64,000 nt of DNA. Source: Chiloscyllium plagiosum (lineage: Eukaryota). A program made the position numbers and the translations under genes. Location of the stretch: assembly GCF_004010195.1 (NCBI RefSeq), contig NC_057717.1, positions 105,065,904 through 105,129,903 of the forward strand, read 5' to 3'. Below the pieces are notes generated by a model. The model had not been told where the DNA came from, searched no databases, and saw nothing but the letters and a program-made list of their open reading frames with translations. This document shows, piece after piece, positions 12,901-24,633 of the stretch. The number at the start of each line of letters is the position of its first letter. Position 1 is the first letter of the stretch.

Positions 12901-14963
12901 GCGGTAGATTATGGTAGCATGACGTAAACTTTGTGATTTATATTTTGAATATCATTTACTGCCAGTTTGGAATTATGTTTTTTGAGTTAGTAACATTAAA
13001 GTTTATGTGTCTGATGTTAATTAAAGTATTCCAAGGCAATTTATTTTTAAAAACACTTTTGAGACCTAGCTAGTTTTATGCACCTCTCATGGACTTTTGT
13101 ATATTTTAGAATTTTTTTGGCTCAGCATGGCAAATAATAGAGGCTTAAGGTTTGTAAGAGATTAAGAAAAACACCCATATATTAGAAGGGTTGATTTTTG
13201 GTTTCAGTTTTACTTTGAGTTTTGGACAGTCCTGTGAAGTCCTTGGAATGAGGATGGCTGTATAGATTAGTGATCCTGAGAAAGGATGGATAGTGAACTA
13301 GGTTATTTTGGAGTGAAAGGTTAATGTTAGTTCCAAACCAGTCATGTTGGGATAAAAAGAGATAAAACTGAGTACATTTAAAGTCATGTGTATAATGCTA
13401 TCTACAGCTAACATCAACTAGCCAAAGTCACAAGTGACTTAAACCTATCACAGTGTAAGATATAAGGACTCTGATGTGAGTATTGTACAAGTAGTGTTTT
13501 GGGTACTGTGTCGGGGTATGTTTTGGATTTATACAAAAGCTGTTGATTTTCTTTTAATTCATAAAGGACTACTTTGAAATTAGATATCGTACCTTTATAG
13601 TGTGTTTAAAAATATTTGAATTTATAAGTAGATACTTTGGTATATTCTTGTTTCTCTCTTTTATCTCTTTTGTTAATATATTTATGTTTAATTGATAAAA
13701 CAAAGTCTGCAACAATGTGCGCTCATGTTTCAGTGAAAGTTCATTTTGTTAAAACCAAAACAAATCAAATATGAACTATGAAGGCAAATTTCAGTCTGGG
13801 ATCTGACTTGTCCGGTAATAACATTAACTGGGTATGTAACTTTAGATCAACATGAAGAAGTCAATTACATGGTTTTCTTGAGTGAAGCAAAGAGGAATTT
13901 TAATACCTGCTTACCCCAAGGAAAAAAAACAATGAAACAAGGCACCAATCATACATATACACATACAGTATCAGGTAATACATTTAAAAGGGACAATGTC
14001 TGATCAGGTGATCAGATCAGCCATTTTCAGTCAGTATTTTCAATTTTAAAACCATTTTAGTTCATGATAAGTCTCTGGAATAACAATATGATGATGGGCA
14101 TTAAAATTTGATGGTCTATATTTACCATGATTGCGATTGATTATTGCTCAACATCCAATAAGAGAATCTAATCATGGTTCCTTGACATTCAATGGATTTA
14201 CCATCATTGAGTACATGGAACACTTTCCACTTGCCTGGAGGAGTTCAGACAAAGCAACCTGTTTGATGGGAACTATATCCAACATCTTCAACATTCACAC
14301 TTCCACCACTAATGCACAGGAGCAGCGGATCCATTCAAACCATTTTCTGATCTTTTTATCTCTCTATCCTTGATTTCTCTGCCCATAAATTCTGTGTCTG
14401 TGTGCTTCTCTCTCACTCCACCTGACGAAGGAGCTATGCTCTAAAAGCTTGTGATTTCAAATAAACCTGCTAGATTATATCCTGGTGTCATGTGACTTCT
14501 GACTTTGGACAAGCTTCAGGGATGAAAGAAGAAAAGTAACTTATGATGAACCTTAAAAAAAAAGAAAAATGCCAGTAATGCTGGCAGACATACACAAGGG
14601 AATGGCTCCAGTGCTCCTATTCCACTGTTCTATTGACCAAATAAATGTAAGACGCACCAGAAAACATTAATCCACAAACTACATTAGACAAAATTCAATC
14701 AAGAACTCAGCATTCTATTGGCTATTGTAGAGCTGTCATCTGTTTTCAAATAAAACTCAGATAATACACTAAATGAAAACCCGAGATCAATAACAAAATA
14801 TACAGAAAAGGAGGAATAAAGAGCAAATAGAAATCTCAATATTTCAGTCACAACACAGGTGGCTACTTATAATCCTTTACACCTGTTATTTTAGTGGCAT
14901 TTTTTCCTCCCATTTACACTGTCAGCATCACTCTGCATCACAAACCAGCCATCCAGCCAACTG

Positions 14964-15040
14964 GGTAGGCAAGCAAGAGGCTGGAAGAACATAGGTAGCA
15001 TCAGGAAATGGAGAAGTCAATGTTTCGAGTGTAACCCTTC
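14964..15040 (-). mobile_element. Short Penelope-derived insertion
   Basis: 12-bp TSD TCCAGCCAACTG (14952-14963, 15041-15052); GAAGGGTTACACTCGAAACATTGAC on minus; homologue at ~30268-30355. Confidence 0.65.
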
Positions 15041-16213
15041 TCCAGCCAACTGAGCCTTTTTAAAAAAATAATCACATAACAAAACACATTTTTTTAGGTT
15101 TAATCAATATTATTTCAGGTAATAAAAATGCTTGAATGAAACAGGCAATAAATTAAAAATTAAAGTGATTTCATCATACATTGCATTTAAAACTCAATTA
15201 AGGGTACACTATTCTAATTGAGAGTAAGTTTAGACTTTAGCAAAATTAAATCACAGAATTATTGTTGGTTCAGAAACGATATTGTCAGAGCATTTATTCT
15301 AAAATATTTACGCATTTACATTTAGTATATAATTCTAATTTGTAACAATGGCTCCTTCATTGAAAAACTGCTCAAGAGACCACTCTATCACTTGGTTGCT
15401 ATCTCCTGCAAATATCCATAGCAAGTCTTGCAAGTAGACAGGAATGAAATTTTGAATGCTAATGTGCCCTTCTTTTCCCATCTCCATGTCTGTTCTTCCT
15501 ATCATTGGGATGAATAAGTCTCATGTCAAGGCTAGAAAATAAATTCTGCATCAATCAGCATTTAGGAATTGCAAAATAGCAAAAATGTTCGGGAACAATT
15601 CCTACCCCAGCATCTAGTCTCCCAGATACTGTAGCTCAACTTTACATGAAAAGATAAAATAAACATTTGTCACTTTGAGTAAATTGGCATAACGTATGTT
15701 TGAGATACAAGTGGTTAAATACTTCACACCAAAAGTGATCCATTCCTCCACATTTCAGAATTTCATTGCTTAAAAGGAGAAAGGTATTTTACTAAATCAC
15801 ACCTGATCAATAAAATGGTTGCAGTGAACATTCTAGATCCCTGTCCTTGCCTGATCCCCTTTCATACTTTATTTCTGTTTTTTTAGATGTCTCCAAGACA
15901 TAGTCATCAATCCAAGCTCTCAATGGCATTATCTGACCAACAAAAAAAGCATAAGAACAAAGGGAGGACTGGGAGAGACTAGGAAATCCCTAGTTATCTG
16001 TGTTTGCAGTATTTGGATTATTTAACCATTGAGCAAAGTACTCTTCAATCAAGTACAATTCAATTTTTATTTGCAGTTGACTTCACATAGTCTCTTTATT
16101 AATGAGCTGCACGTATTTACTGAATACAATCACATATTGCACATGTTTATCCAGCTGCAAAATAATCCCAGTCTAACAAGGACAATATTATAAGACAACA
16201 TTTCTATGACTTA

Positions 16214-16399
<186 letters not shown>

Positions 16400-19210
16400 T
16401 CAATAAATTCTTGTTTAATACATTTGAGAGCTCATAAAGGATGCTAATTTTCCTTAGTTAGCAGCACTCTTTTGACTTTAAATCAGAAATTGTGGGTTCA
16501 AGAACCATTCTATTTCAACATAAAATCTAAGATCATATCCCATTGTTGTACTTAATGAGCATTTGTGTTTTCTGCCCTTTGAACTTGGCTTTGAATTTTT
16601 ATCCCTTTACTACTTTGCTTAAGCAAATATCAAAGGAATCATGGCAGGATTCAGAAAGGAGCAGGGAGTTTCTCTCCTGTCCTGCAAAAACTCCTCTCCC
16701 ATATATACAATACCAAGAAAATACCTCACTGTCATCTGGTCATATGTAAAATTATTTTTATTTGTTTATCTAACAGTAGTTGGTGTACATCAAATTCACT
16801 TCCAGAGAGATGGATGTGATAAAGCTATAAATATGTATGCTACACTTTTCTTTATTTTCATAAAAATCAGTGACTGTCATTTTCTCATTTACATCCATTG
16901 ACAACATTAAGCAATTTTAAATCAGGTGTTGAAAATATTGAATAGTCTGAATGAAACAGTTACATATTATCTCAAAAAGCACTCAAAAAACAACTTTATT
17001 AACCTTGAACAGTTTGAAACCAGGTCTTCCCAATCAGATAATCTGCCTCATCTACATGACCAAGACACACAGGGACTACGAATTTATTCACCTACAGAAT
17101 TAGTTGAATATTGGTCAGGCAGATGATGGTGAAAAAGTGTCTTTAGGGAGTTAGTTGTTCCAACATTGCACTTATAGTTTTGAGACCCAAGATGTGGATA
17201 TTAACTGAGATTCCAGATTAATACTATAACCCAGAAATGACCAACACAGTTAGTTAACCTGCAAAGGAATAGCAAATTCTGATGGCTGAAGAATCCAAGT
17301 AACTTTCAAAACTTAAACTAGTTTTAGGAGGATTTTCACTGAAAATAATTTCAGTCTCTCCATACTGACCTACGGTGACAGCAATGTGCATCATGTTCAA
17401 AATGTGCTGCAGCAACTCACCAAGGCTTCCTTAACAGCAGCTTCCAAACTCGTGGCACCTGCCAGTTAGAAAGACATGTGCAGCAGATACATGGGAACAC
17501 TTAGTTCCCTTCCAAGTCACAAGCCATCCCGACTTGGAACTATAAAGCTCTTGTTTCATTGATACCGGATAAAATTCTGCTGTTCCTTCCCAAAAACACA
17601 GTAGATGTACTTACTTCAGCTGGTTTTGCAGGAGCGGTTCACCACCATCTTCTTCAGTAAGCCATAATTACTGGCATTAATAATGGTGCTCACATCCCAT
17701 GAAAGATTTTTCTTAGAAGTTCTTGTATTCAAATTTCCCTTCTCCTCTCCTGAAAGTACTATCTTTTATTGGAGTAAAGTTCCAAATACACTGGTCACCA
17801 TCCAGTAACTTGCCCATACGTACTTGGATTGCAAATGTGTTATGGTGCCAAAGGAAGCCATTTGGCTCATCATGTTTGCACCAATTCTGCAAATGTTTTG
17901 ACTTAGCACCAATCTCCTGCCCTTTCCTATAATTCTGCACGTTGCCTTTTTGAATGCTTCAATTGAACCTGCCTCCATTACATTTTCATTCAGTGCAGTC
18001 CAGACCCTAACTACTCACTGTGTGTAAAAGGTTTTTGACATCTTGCATTTGTGTCCCTTGCAAAACACTTTAAATCTGTGCCCACTACCTCCTAATCCTC
18101 CTTAGGAGCAGGAACAGTTTCTCCCTATCTGCTGTATCCACAGTAAAAGACTGCATCCTTTTATTTTCTGTAATTTTGATTGTGGACTGAAATGGGAAAA
18201 GGTATGTTTCAAAATCAAAGTTTATGGAGGGATTACTGTATTTTTTAAGAGCAAGCTACCAGCATTTATTTGTAAGTGTGTTTACACTGTTGTTTGTTCA
18301 ACCAGCGGGACAGATTTAGTTACAGATGGAACCAATACATGTACAAAGGGAAACTTGGCTACTAACAAGTAGATAATTGGTCTATGGTGTGGTGAACAGT
18401 TGTCAATGATAAAAGCCTTCTGACTATCAACAATTATGTAATAAGCTATTCAGCAATCTAGGAACCTATGGGCATGAATAGGGATGCTCAGAAATCTTCA
18501 AGATGTGACAAGCGAAGTCCTTGACTCGGTGTTAAAAAAAACTGATTGGTTGGCAAATGGACTCTGATTGAGAGAGACATCGCCATGACAAATGCACCCA
18601 TTCATGCTGAGTGACAATTAACAGCTTTGTTTTAATTTCAAATCAGGCAAGTTGGCTCTGAATGGTCAGTGTCAGCCCTGAGAAATGAACCAGCAAACAG
18701 ATGTTACCTATTTTGTTCAGTTGAAACTGATGCAATGCACGTACATGTTCCTTCTGCCACAAAGAACAGGAACTGTGTAATAATGTAAGCAGCTTCCAGT
18801 ACAAGCAAGTCCACTACACTGCAAGCCTGACAACAACAATCTCCACCACTATCTCACTCTCCAGGACATCAGCAATCTCAGAAGATCCAACAAGGAAGAA
18901 AGCAAAATAGTGTTTACAAAGAATTTTAAGAAATTTCCTCTTCTCCTGAATTCCAAGTTGTGCAGGAGTCAGCTCCTTGGATCCCAGCTACCTTTGAGTC
19001 TGATTTTTATACATTAAGTGGTTATTTTATAATGGGAGCAAGATAGTCAAACATGTTCCTACCCTGACTCAATACCCATAACCGTGCACTTTCAATTATA
19101 GCACTTTGCCATTATCTAGAGTTAACCTTCACTTCAACATCCACTAACAATTAGTACAATAAATGCACACACATATGCACAATATGTACAATAAATGCAT
19201 ACACACATCT

Positions 19211-19491
19211 TTGCTACTGCTGCATGATGCTCCAAGATACTATGGACCAGATTCATCCGTGGCAGGTTACAAAAGCTAAGTGATGTTAAAGATGGGTTCA
19301 CGACAGACAATAACAATATTTAATTATGTCTTTATCTATCTCACCTTGGTTATTAATTTTCAGAAATGTTGACCTTTATCTCGGCATTCACAGCCATTAA
19401 TTATTTCTCCCTCTTTTCTCAACATCTGCAGCTCACTTTGGACAGAAACCTACACCAAGGAGATAACTGATGAAGGGGCCTACAAGGAATA
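19211..19491 (+). repeat. 281-bp direct repeat, copy 1 (intron 2)
   Basis: Aligns without gaps to 20582-20862 (offset 1371); 6 mismatches counted by eye. Confidence 0.95.
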
Positions 19492-19811
19492 TGGACGGCA
19501 CGGTGGCACAGCAGTTAGCACTGCTGCCTCACAGCGCCAGAGACCTGGGTTCAATTCCCGTCTCAGGTGACTGGCTGTGTGGAGTTTGCACATTCTCCCC
19601 GTGTCTGTGTGGGTTTCCTCTGGGTGCTCCGGTTTCCTCCCACAGTCCAAAAATGTGCAGGTCAGGTGAATTGGCCATGCTAAATTGCCCGTAGTGTTAG
19701 GTGAAGGGGTAAATGTAGGAGACTGGGTCTGGGTGGGTTCCGCTTCGGCAGGTCGGTGTGACTTGTTGGGCCGAAGGGCCTGTTTCCACACTGTAAGTAA
19801 TCTAATCTAAT
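19492..19811 (+). mobile_element. Near full-length HE1-like V-SINE
   Basis: A box-like TGGCACAGCAGTT, B box GGTTCAATTCC, body CTGTGTGGAGTTTGCACATTCTCCCCGTG, CR1-like tail ending in ATCTA repeats. Confidence 0.9.
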
Positions 19812-19813
19812 CA

Positions 19814-19970
<157 letters not shown>

Positions 19971-20581
19971 AAAATTTCATGAAAGGTAAGATAATTATAA
20001 ATATTACGCATAAATCTTAGTTCAGTTTCAAATAGGAGTCCTTTGTCATCTCAACAGTATTTCAACACTCTTATGGAAACATAAGTTAATGGAATAGCAC
20101 CGTAAAATGTTCAATTAAACATATGTCTATCATTACACATTGCAAGAGGATATCAACAAACATGCAGAATGGGTATTGTTTTCCATATTTTTCATAAGAT
20201 GCTTGTGTCTTTAGCAGAATCAACATTTGCTGCCCATTCCTAATTTCCCTTGAACTGAGAGACTTGCTCATCCCAACAATGATTCATGGTTACCATTGCT
20301 GAAATTAGTTTTAATTCCATTATTTAAAATTGAATTTAAAATCCACTGCGGGACTTGAACCCATGTCCCCAGAACACAAACCTGGGATTCTGGCTTGTTA
20401 GTCCAGTGACATTACCACTGCACCACTGCAACTCCCAAAATGTGCAAATGACTCTTCATTGTAGATAACTGTGAGATGGTGCATTTTTCTAGGAGCAATA
20501 ATTAAGTGGCAAAGTGCAGGGTGGCATCCATATAAGGGAGGAGCAATAGTTCAAAGAGAAATACAATATTTGTAAAGATCC

Positions 20582-20862
20582 TTGCTACTGCTGCATGATG
20601 CTCCAAGATACTATGGACCAGATTCATACGTGGCAGGTTACAAAAGCTAAGTGATGTTAAAGGTGGGTTCATGACAGACAATAACAATATTTAATTATGC
20701 CTTTATCTATCTCACCTTGGTTATTAATTTTCAGAAATGTTGACCTTTATCTCGGCATTCACAGCCATTAATTATTTCTCCCTCTTTTCTCAACATCTGC
20801 AGCTCACTTTGGGCAGAAACCTACACTAAGGAGATAACTGATGAAGGGGCCTACAAGGAATA
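20582..20862 (+). repeat. 281-bp direct repeat, copy 2 (intron 1)
   Basis: TTGCTACTGCTGCATGATGCTCC...GGGGCCTACAAGGAATA, as in 19211-19491. Confidence 0.95.
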
Positions 20863-21296
20863 AGCCTGGGTCCACAATTACATCTCGGAAATGATAACGG
20901 ACTTGAAAAGACCCACAAAAGACAAGCCAGCGAGCCATGCACAGTTGTGGGAATTTCTTTTTGCACATACATTGGCTGCATACTTTAATTCACATTCTCA
21001 ATAAAAATCCTTCAAATTGTTGAATGAATGTCACAATTGATGTTGCTCTGTGTACCTTAATTCAGCTGAACAAGCAGCTACCCACGCAGACTTTTAGTCC
21101 CTCTGTTAGGACCTCAGAAGACATGGAGAATCTGTCCAGACAGCAGCTTCATCGAGCATCACAGAACAGTAAAACCTCATTTGGGAGAAGATTTGTAGCT
21201 CGGGTGCTAGTTGTTGTGGTTCTGTTTGCCGAGCTGGGAATTTGTGTTGCAGACGTTTCGTCCCCTGTCTAGGTGACATCCACAAGTATCCAATAT

Positions 21297-21828
21297 CCTC
21301 TATATTGGGGAGACAGGCCGCCTACTTGGAGAACGTTTCAGAGAACACCTCTGGGACACCCAGACCAACCAACCCAACCATCCCGTGGCTCAACACTTCA
21401 ACTCCCCCTCCCACTCCACAAAGGCCATGCAGGTCCTTGGACTCCTCCATCGCCAGACCATAGCAACACGACAGCTGGAGGAAGAGAGCCTCATCTTTTT
21501 TTTTTAGATTACATTACAGTGTGGAAACAGGCCCTTCGGCCCAACAAGTCCACACCGACCCGCCGAAGCGAAGCCCACCCATACCCCTACATTTACCACT
21601 TACCTAACACACTACGGGCAATTTAGCATGGCCAATTCACCTGACCCTGCACATCTTTTGGACTGTGGGAGGAAACCGGAGCACCCGGAGGAAACCCACG
21701 CAGACATCTTCCGCCTCAGAACCCTCCAACCACAAGGGATGAACTCAGATTTCTGCCTGAGCTACTGCGCTTTTCCAGCAACACATTTTCAGTTCTGATC
21801 TCCAGCATCTGCAGTCCTCACTTTCTCC
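21297..21828 (+). mobile_element. Penelope-like element (family A), GIY-YIG endonuclease remnant and terminal repeat
   Basis: LYIGETGRLLGERFREHLWDTQTNQPNHPVAQHFNSPSHS...LEEESLIF / RLRTLQPQGMNSDF, split by a SINE. Confidence 0.85.
21498..21704 (-). mobile_element. 5'-truncated HE1-like SINE inserted in the GIY-YIG remnant
   Basis: Reverse complement of ~19600-19805; CATCTT duplicated on both sides. Confidence 0.85.
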
Positions 21829-22934
21829 TATTATCGGACAAGCCAAACAGAGAACAGCCAGGGAATTCCTAGAGGCATGGCACTCATCCACTGATTCAAT
21901 CAATAAGCACATTGACCGGCTACTGCAGCGGACAGCTGGAACTGACAACCGGAAGCAGCAGATAAATGCCGGAGGAAACATCACAGAAGCACTTCACAGG
22001 AGGCTCCCAAGCACTGAGGATGTCACCTAGACAGGGGATGAAACGTCTACAACACAAATTCCCAGCTCGGCGAACAGAACCACAACAGTAAAACATCATA
22101 CCATAGAGACTGATGGCATTAATGCGCATGTCTAGCATGCTGCATCCTAACATGTACATTGACCAGTATGAGCAGTATTACTGGCCTTGTACTGATGAAA
22201 GGATCTGTATTACTTAAAACATGACCAGATTTACTGGTGTCAAGATCAGTTCTATCTACTGGTCCCAAATTTGTTGTACCATCCTGGTAACTTCAACTTG
22301 CAGCAGCATTCAGGTAAGATCTCGACCCAAAAATGGTTCACGGGCTTTGATGGTACAGCAAAATGAATCAGCTAATTTCATGCTGTTTTTGTACAGAAAA
22401 TGAAAATAATCTAAACACTAAGCATAAAAAGCAACATTCTCATATTTCACAAAATGGTTAGGTAGAGATTGGATTGAGGTCAGCCAGAATATTAGTTCCC
22501 TGATTGGGGCTGTTAACCTGGTCCGATCAGGAAGCAGGACAGGTCGTCCTAGAGGTGGCCGGATGGTTTGTCAGGGTGGACTGAGAACTGGAAGGGGCAT
22601 GGTGTGGACCAAGAGTCAAAAGGGACGTAGGGGTGGGCTGCCTTAGAATGGTGGGAGGGACGGGGGATGGGGGGTGAGGGGATTGCTGGGTTTCTGGGGC
22701 TCTGTATTGTATGCACTGTTTTTTTATGTAATTGGACTGTCTTGTATATACAAAATGTCATTGTTACTCTTTTGTAATGATTGAAACTGGGATTTGAGGT
22801 TTGTCCTCATTTCCCTGAAAACAGGTTGAAAGGTAGGGTATGGGGCCTGGCTTTGCTGCTCCTTTCCCTTGTAAAATTGCTGTTTCTCTGAATACAGCTG
22901 TTAACATTAATTGTTTTATAAACTGTGAATTGTT

Positions 22935-24372
22935 TAGAACATAGAAACCTACAGCACAGAACAGGCCCTTTGGCCCACAATGTTGTGCCGAGGTTTAATC
23001 CTAATGTAAAATATAATAACCTACGCATCCCTCAACTCACTGATCTCCATGTGCATGTCCAGCAGTCACTTAAATGTCCCTAATGACTCTGCTTCCACCA
23101 CCACCGCTGGCAATGCATTCCATGCATTCACAACTCTCTGAGTAAAGAACCCTCTATACCTCGCTGACATCCCTTCTATACCTTTCCCTTAATATCTTAA
23201 AACTATGACCCCTCATACCCGTCAATCCTGCCCTGGGGAAAAGTCTCTGGCTATTGACTTTATCTATTCCTCTCACTGTCTTGTATACCTCGATCAGGTC
23301 TCCTCTCTTTCTCCTTCTCTCCAGAGAGAAAAGTCCAAGCTTTTTCAACCTTTCTTCATAAGGCAAGTCCTCCAGTCTAGGCAGCATCCTGGTAAACCTT
23401 CTTTGCACCCTCTCCAAAACCTCTGTATATTTTCTATAGTAGGGCGATCAGAACTGGACACAATATTCCATGTATGGTCTTGCCAGGGACTTGTAGAGCT
23501 GTAGCAAAGGTTCGCGGCTCTTAAACTCGATCCCCTTGTTAATGAAAGCCAAAACACCATATGCTTTCTTAACAACCCTATCCACTTGGGTGGCAACTTT
23601 GAGGGACCTATGTATTTGCACACCCAGATCCTTCTGTTCCTCCACACTTTCAAGAATCCTGTCTTTAATCCTATATTCAGCATTCGAGTTCGACTTTCCA
23701 AAATACATCGCCTCGCATTTATCCAGGTTGAACGCCATCCGCCACTTCTTAGCCCAGCTCTGCATCCTGTCTATGTCGCGCTCCAGCCTGCAATAGCCCT
23801 CGATACTATCGACACCACCTCCAACCTTTGTGTCATCTGCAAATTTACTAACCCACCCCTCAACTTCCTCATCCAAGTCATTTATAAGAACTACGAAGAG
23901 CAGAGGCCCAAGAACAGAGCCCTGCAGGTAGCCACTCACCACTGACCTCTAGGCAGAATACTTTCCATCTACAACCACTTTCTGCCTTCTGTCAGCCAGC
24001 CAATTATGAATCCAGATAGCCAAATCTCCCTGTATCCCATACTTTCTGACTTTATGAATGAGCCTACCATGGGGAACCTTATCAAATGCCTTGCTGAAGT
24101 GCATGTACACCACATCCACTGCTCGACCTTCGTCAACCTGTCTTGTCACCTTGTCGAATAACTCAATAAGATTTATTGAGGCATGACCTACCCCTCATAT
24201 AGCCATGCTGACTGCCTTTAATCATGCTGTGCTTTGCCAAATAGTTATAGATCCTATCCCTCAGAATTCTTTCCAAAACTTTGCTGACCATAGACGTAAG
24301 ACTGACTGGTCTGTAATTGCCAGGGATTTCCCTATTACCCTTCTTGAACAGAGGAACAACATTCACCTCCTT
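22935..24372 (-). mobile_element. Relatively young CR1 LINE (RT and 3' end) inside provirus 1
   Basis: PLFKKGNREIPGNYRPVSLTS, DVVYMHFSKAFDKVPH, QGSVLGPLLF, KFADDTK, ERVQRRFTRML. Confidence 0.92.
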
Positions 24373-24600
24373 CCAGTGCCATTTACGTTACATGCAAAAG
24401 TACAGGCATAAATCAGAAAGCTGGAAAGCAAAGGAATCATAAAACCAGTACAGTCTGGAGAAATTACAGCATCGGTTGTACCGATTGTGAAGCCCAACAG
24501 GTCAGTTCACCTTTGTGGGGATTTTAAACAATAATAAACCACTTTTTGCAGTTGGATAAGTACCCAATCCCTCGCACAGAGGACTTGCACACAAAGTTGG

Positions 24601-24602
<2 letters not shown>

Positions 24603-24632
<30 letters not shown>
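24603..24632. repeat. (GA)n microsatellite inside Gypsy RT
   Basis: Pure GA run. Confidence 0.9.

Positions 24633-24633
<1 letters not shown>

Larger units (their letters stand above)
21181..22083 (+). mobile_element. Penelope-like element (family B) with inverted 5' terminal copy, hosting nested elements
   Basis: TSD AACAGTAAAAC(C/A)TCAT (21165-21180, 22084-22099); ~21205-21281 is the reverse complement of ~22018-22087; endonuclease C-terminal remnant IGQAKQRTAREFLEAWHSSTDSINKHID at ~21832. Confidence 0.8.

Noticed and set aside
19492..19570. tRNA-like A/B boxes (also ~6670-6733, ~30910-30970, ~16455-16510)
   Set aside because: SINE heads, not tRNA genes: no complete cloverleaf and most continue into SINE bodies.
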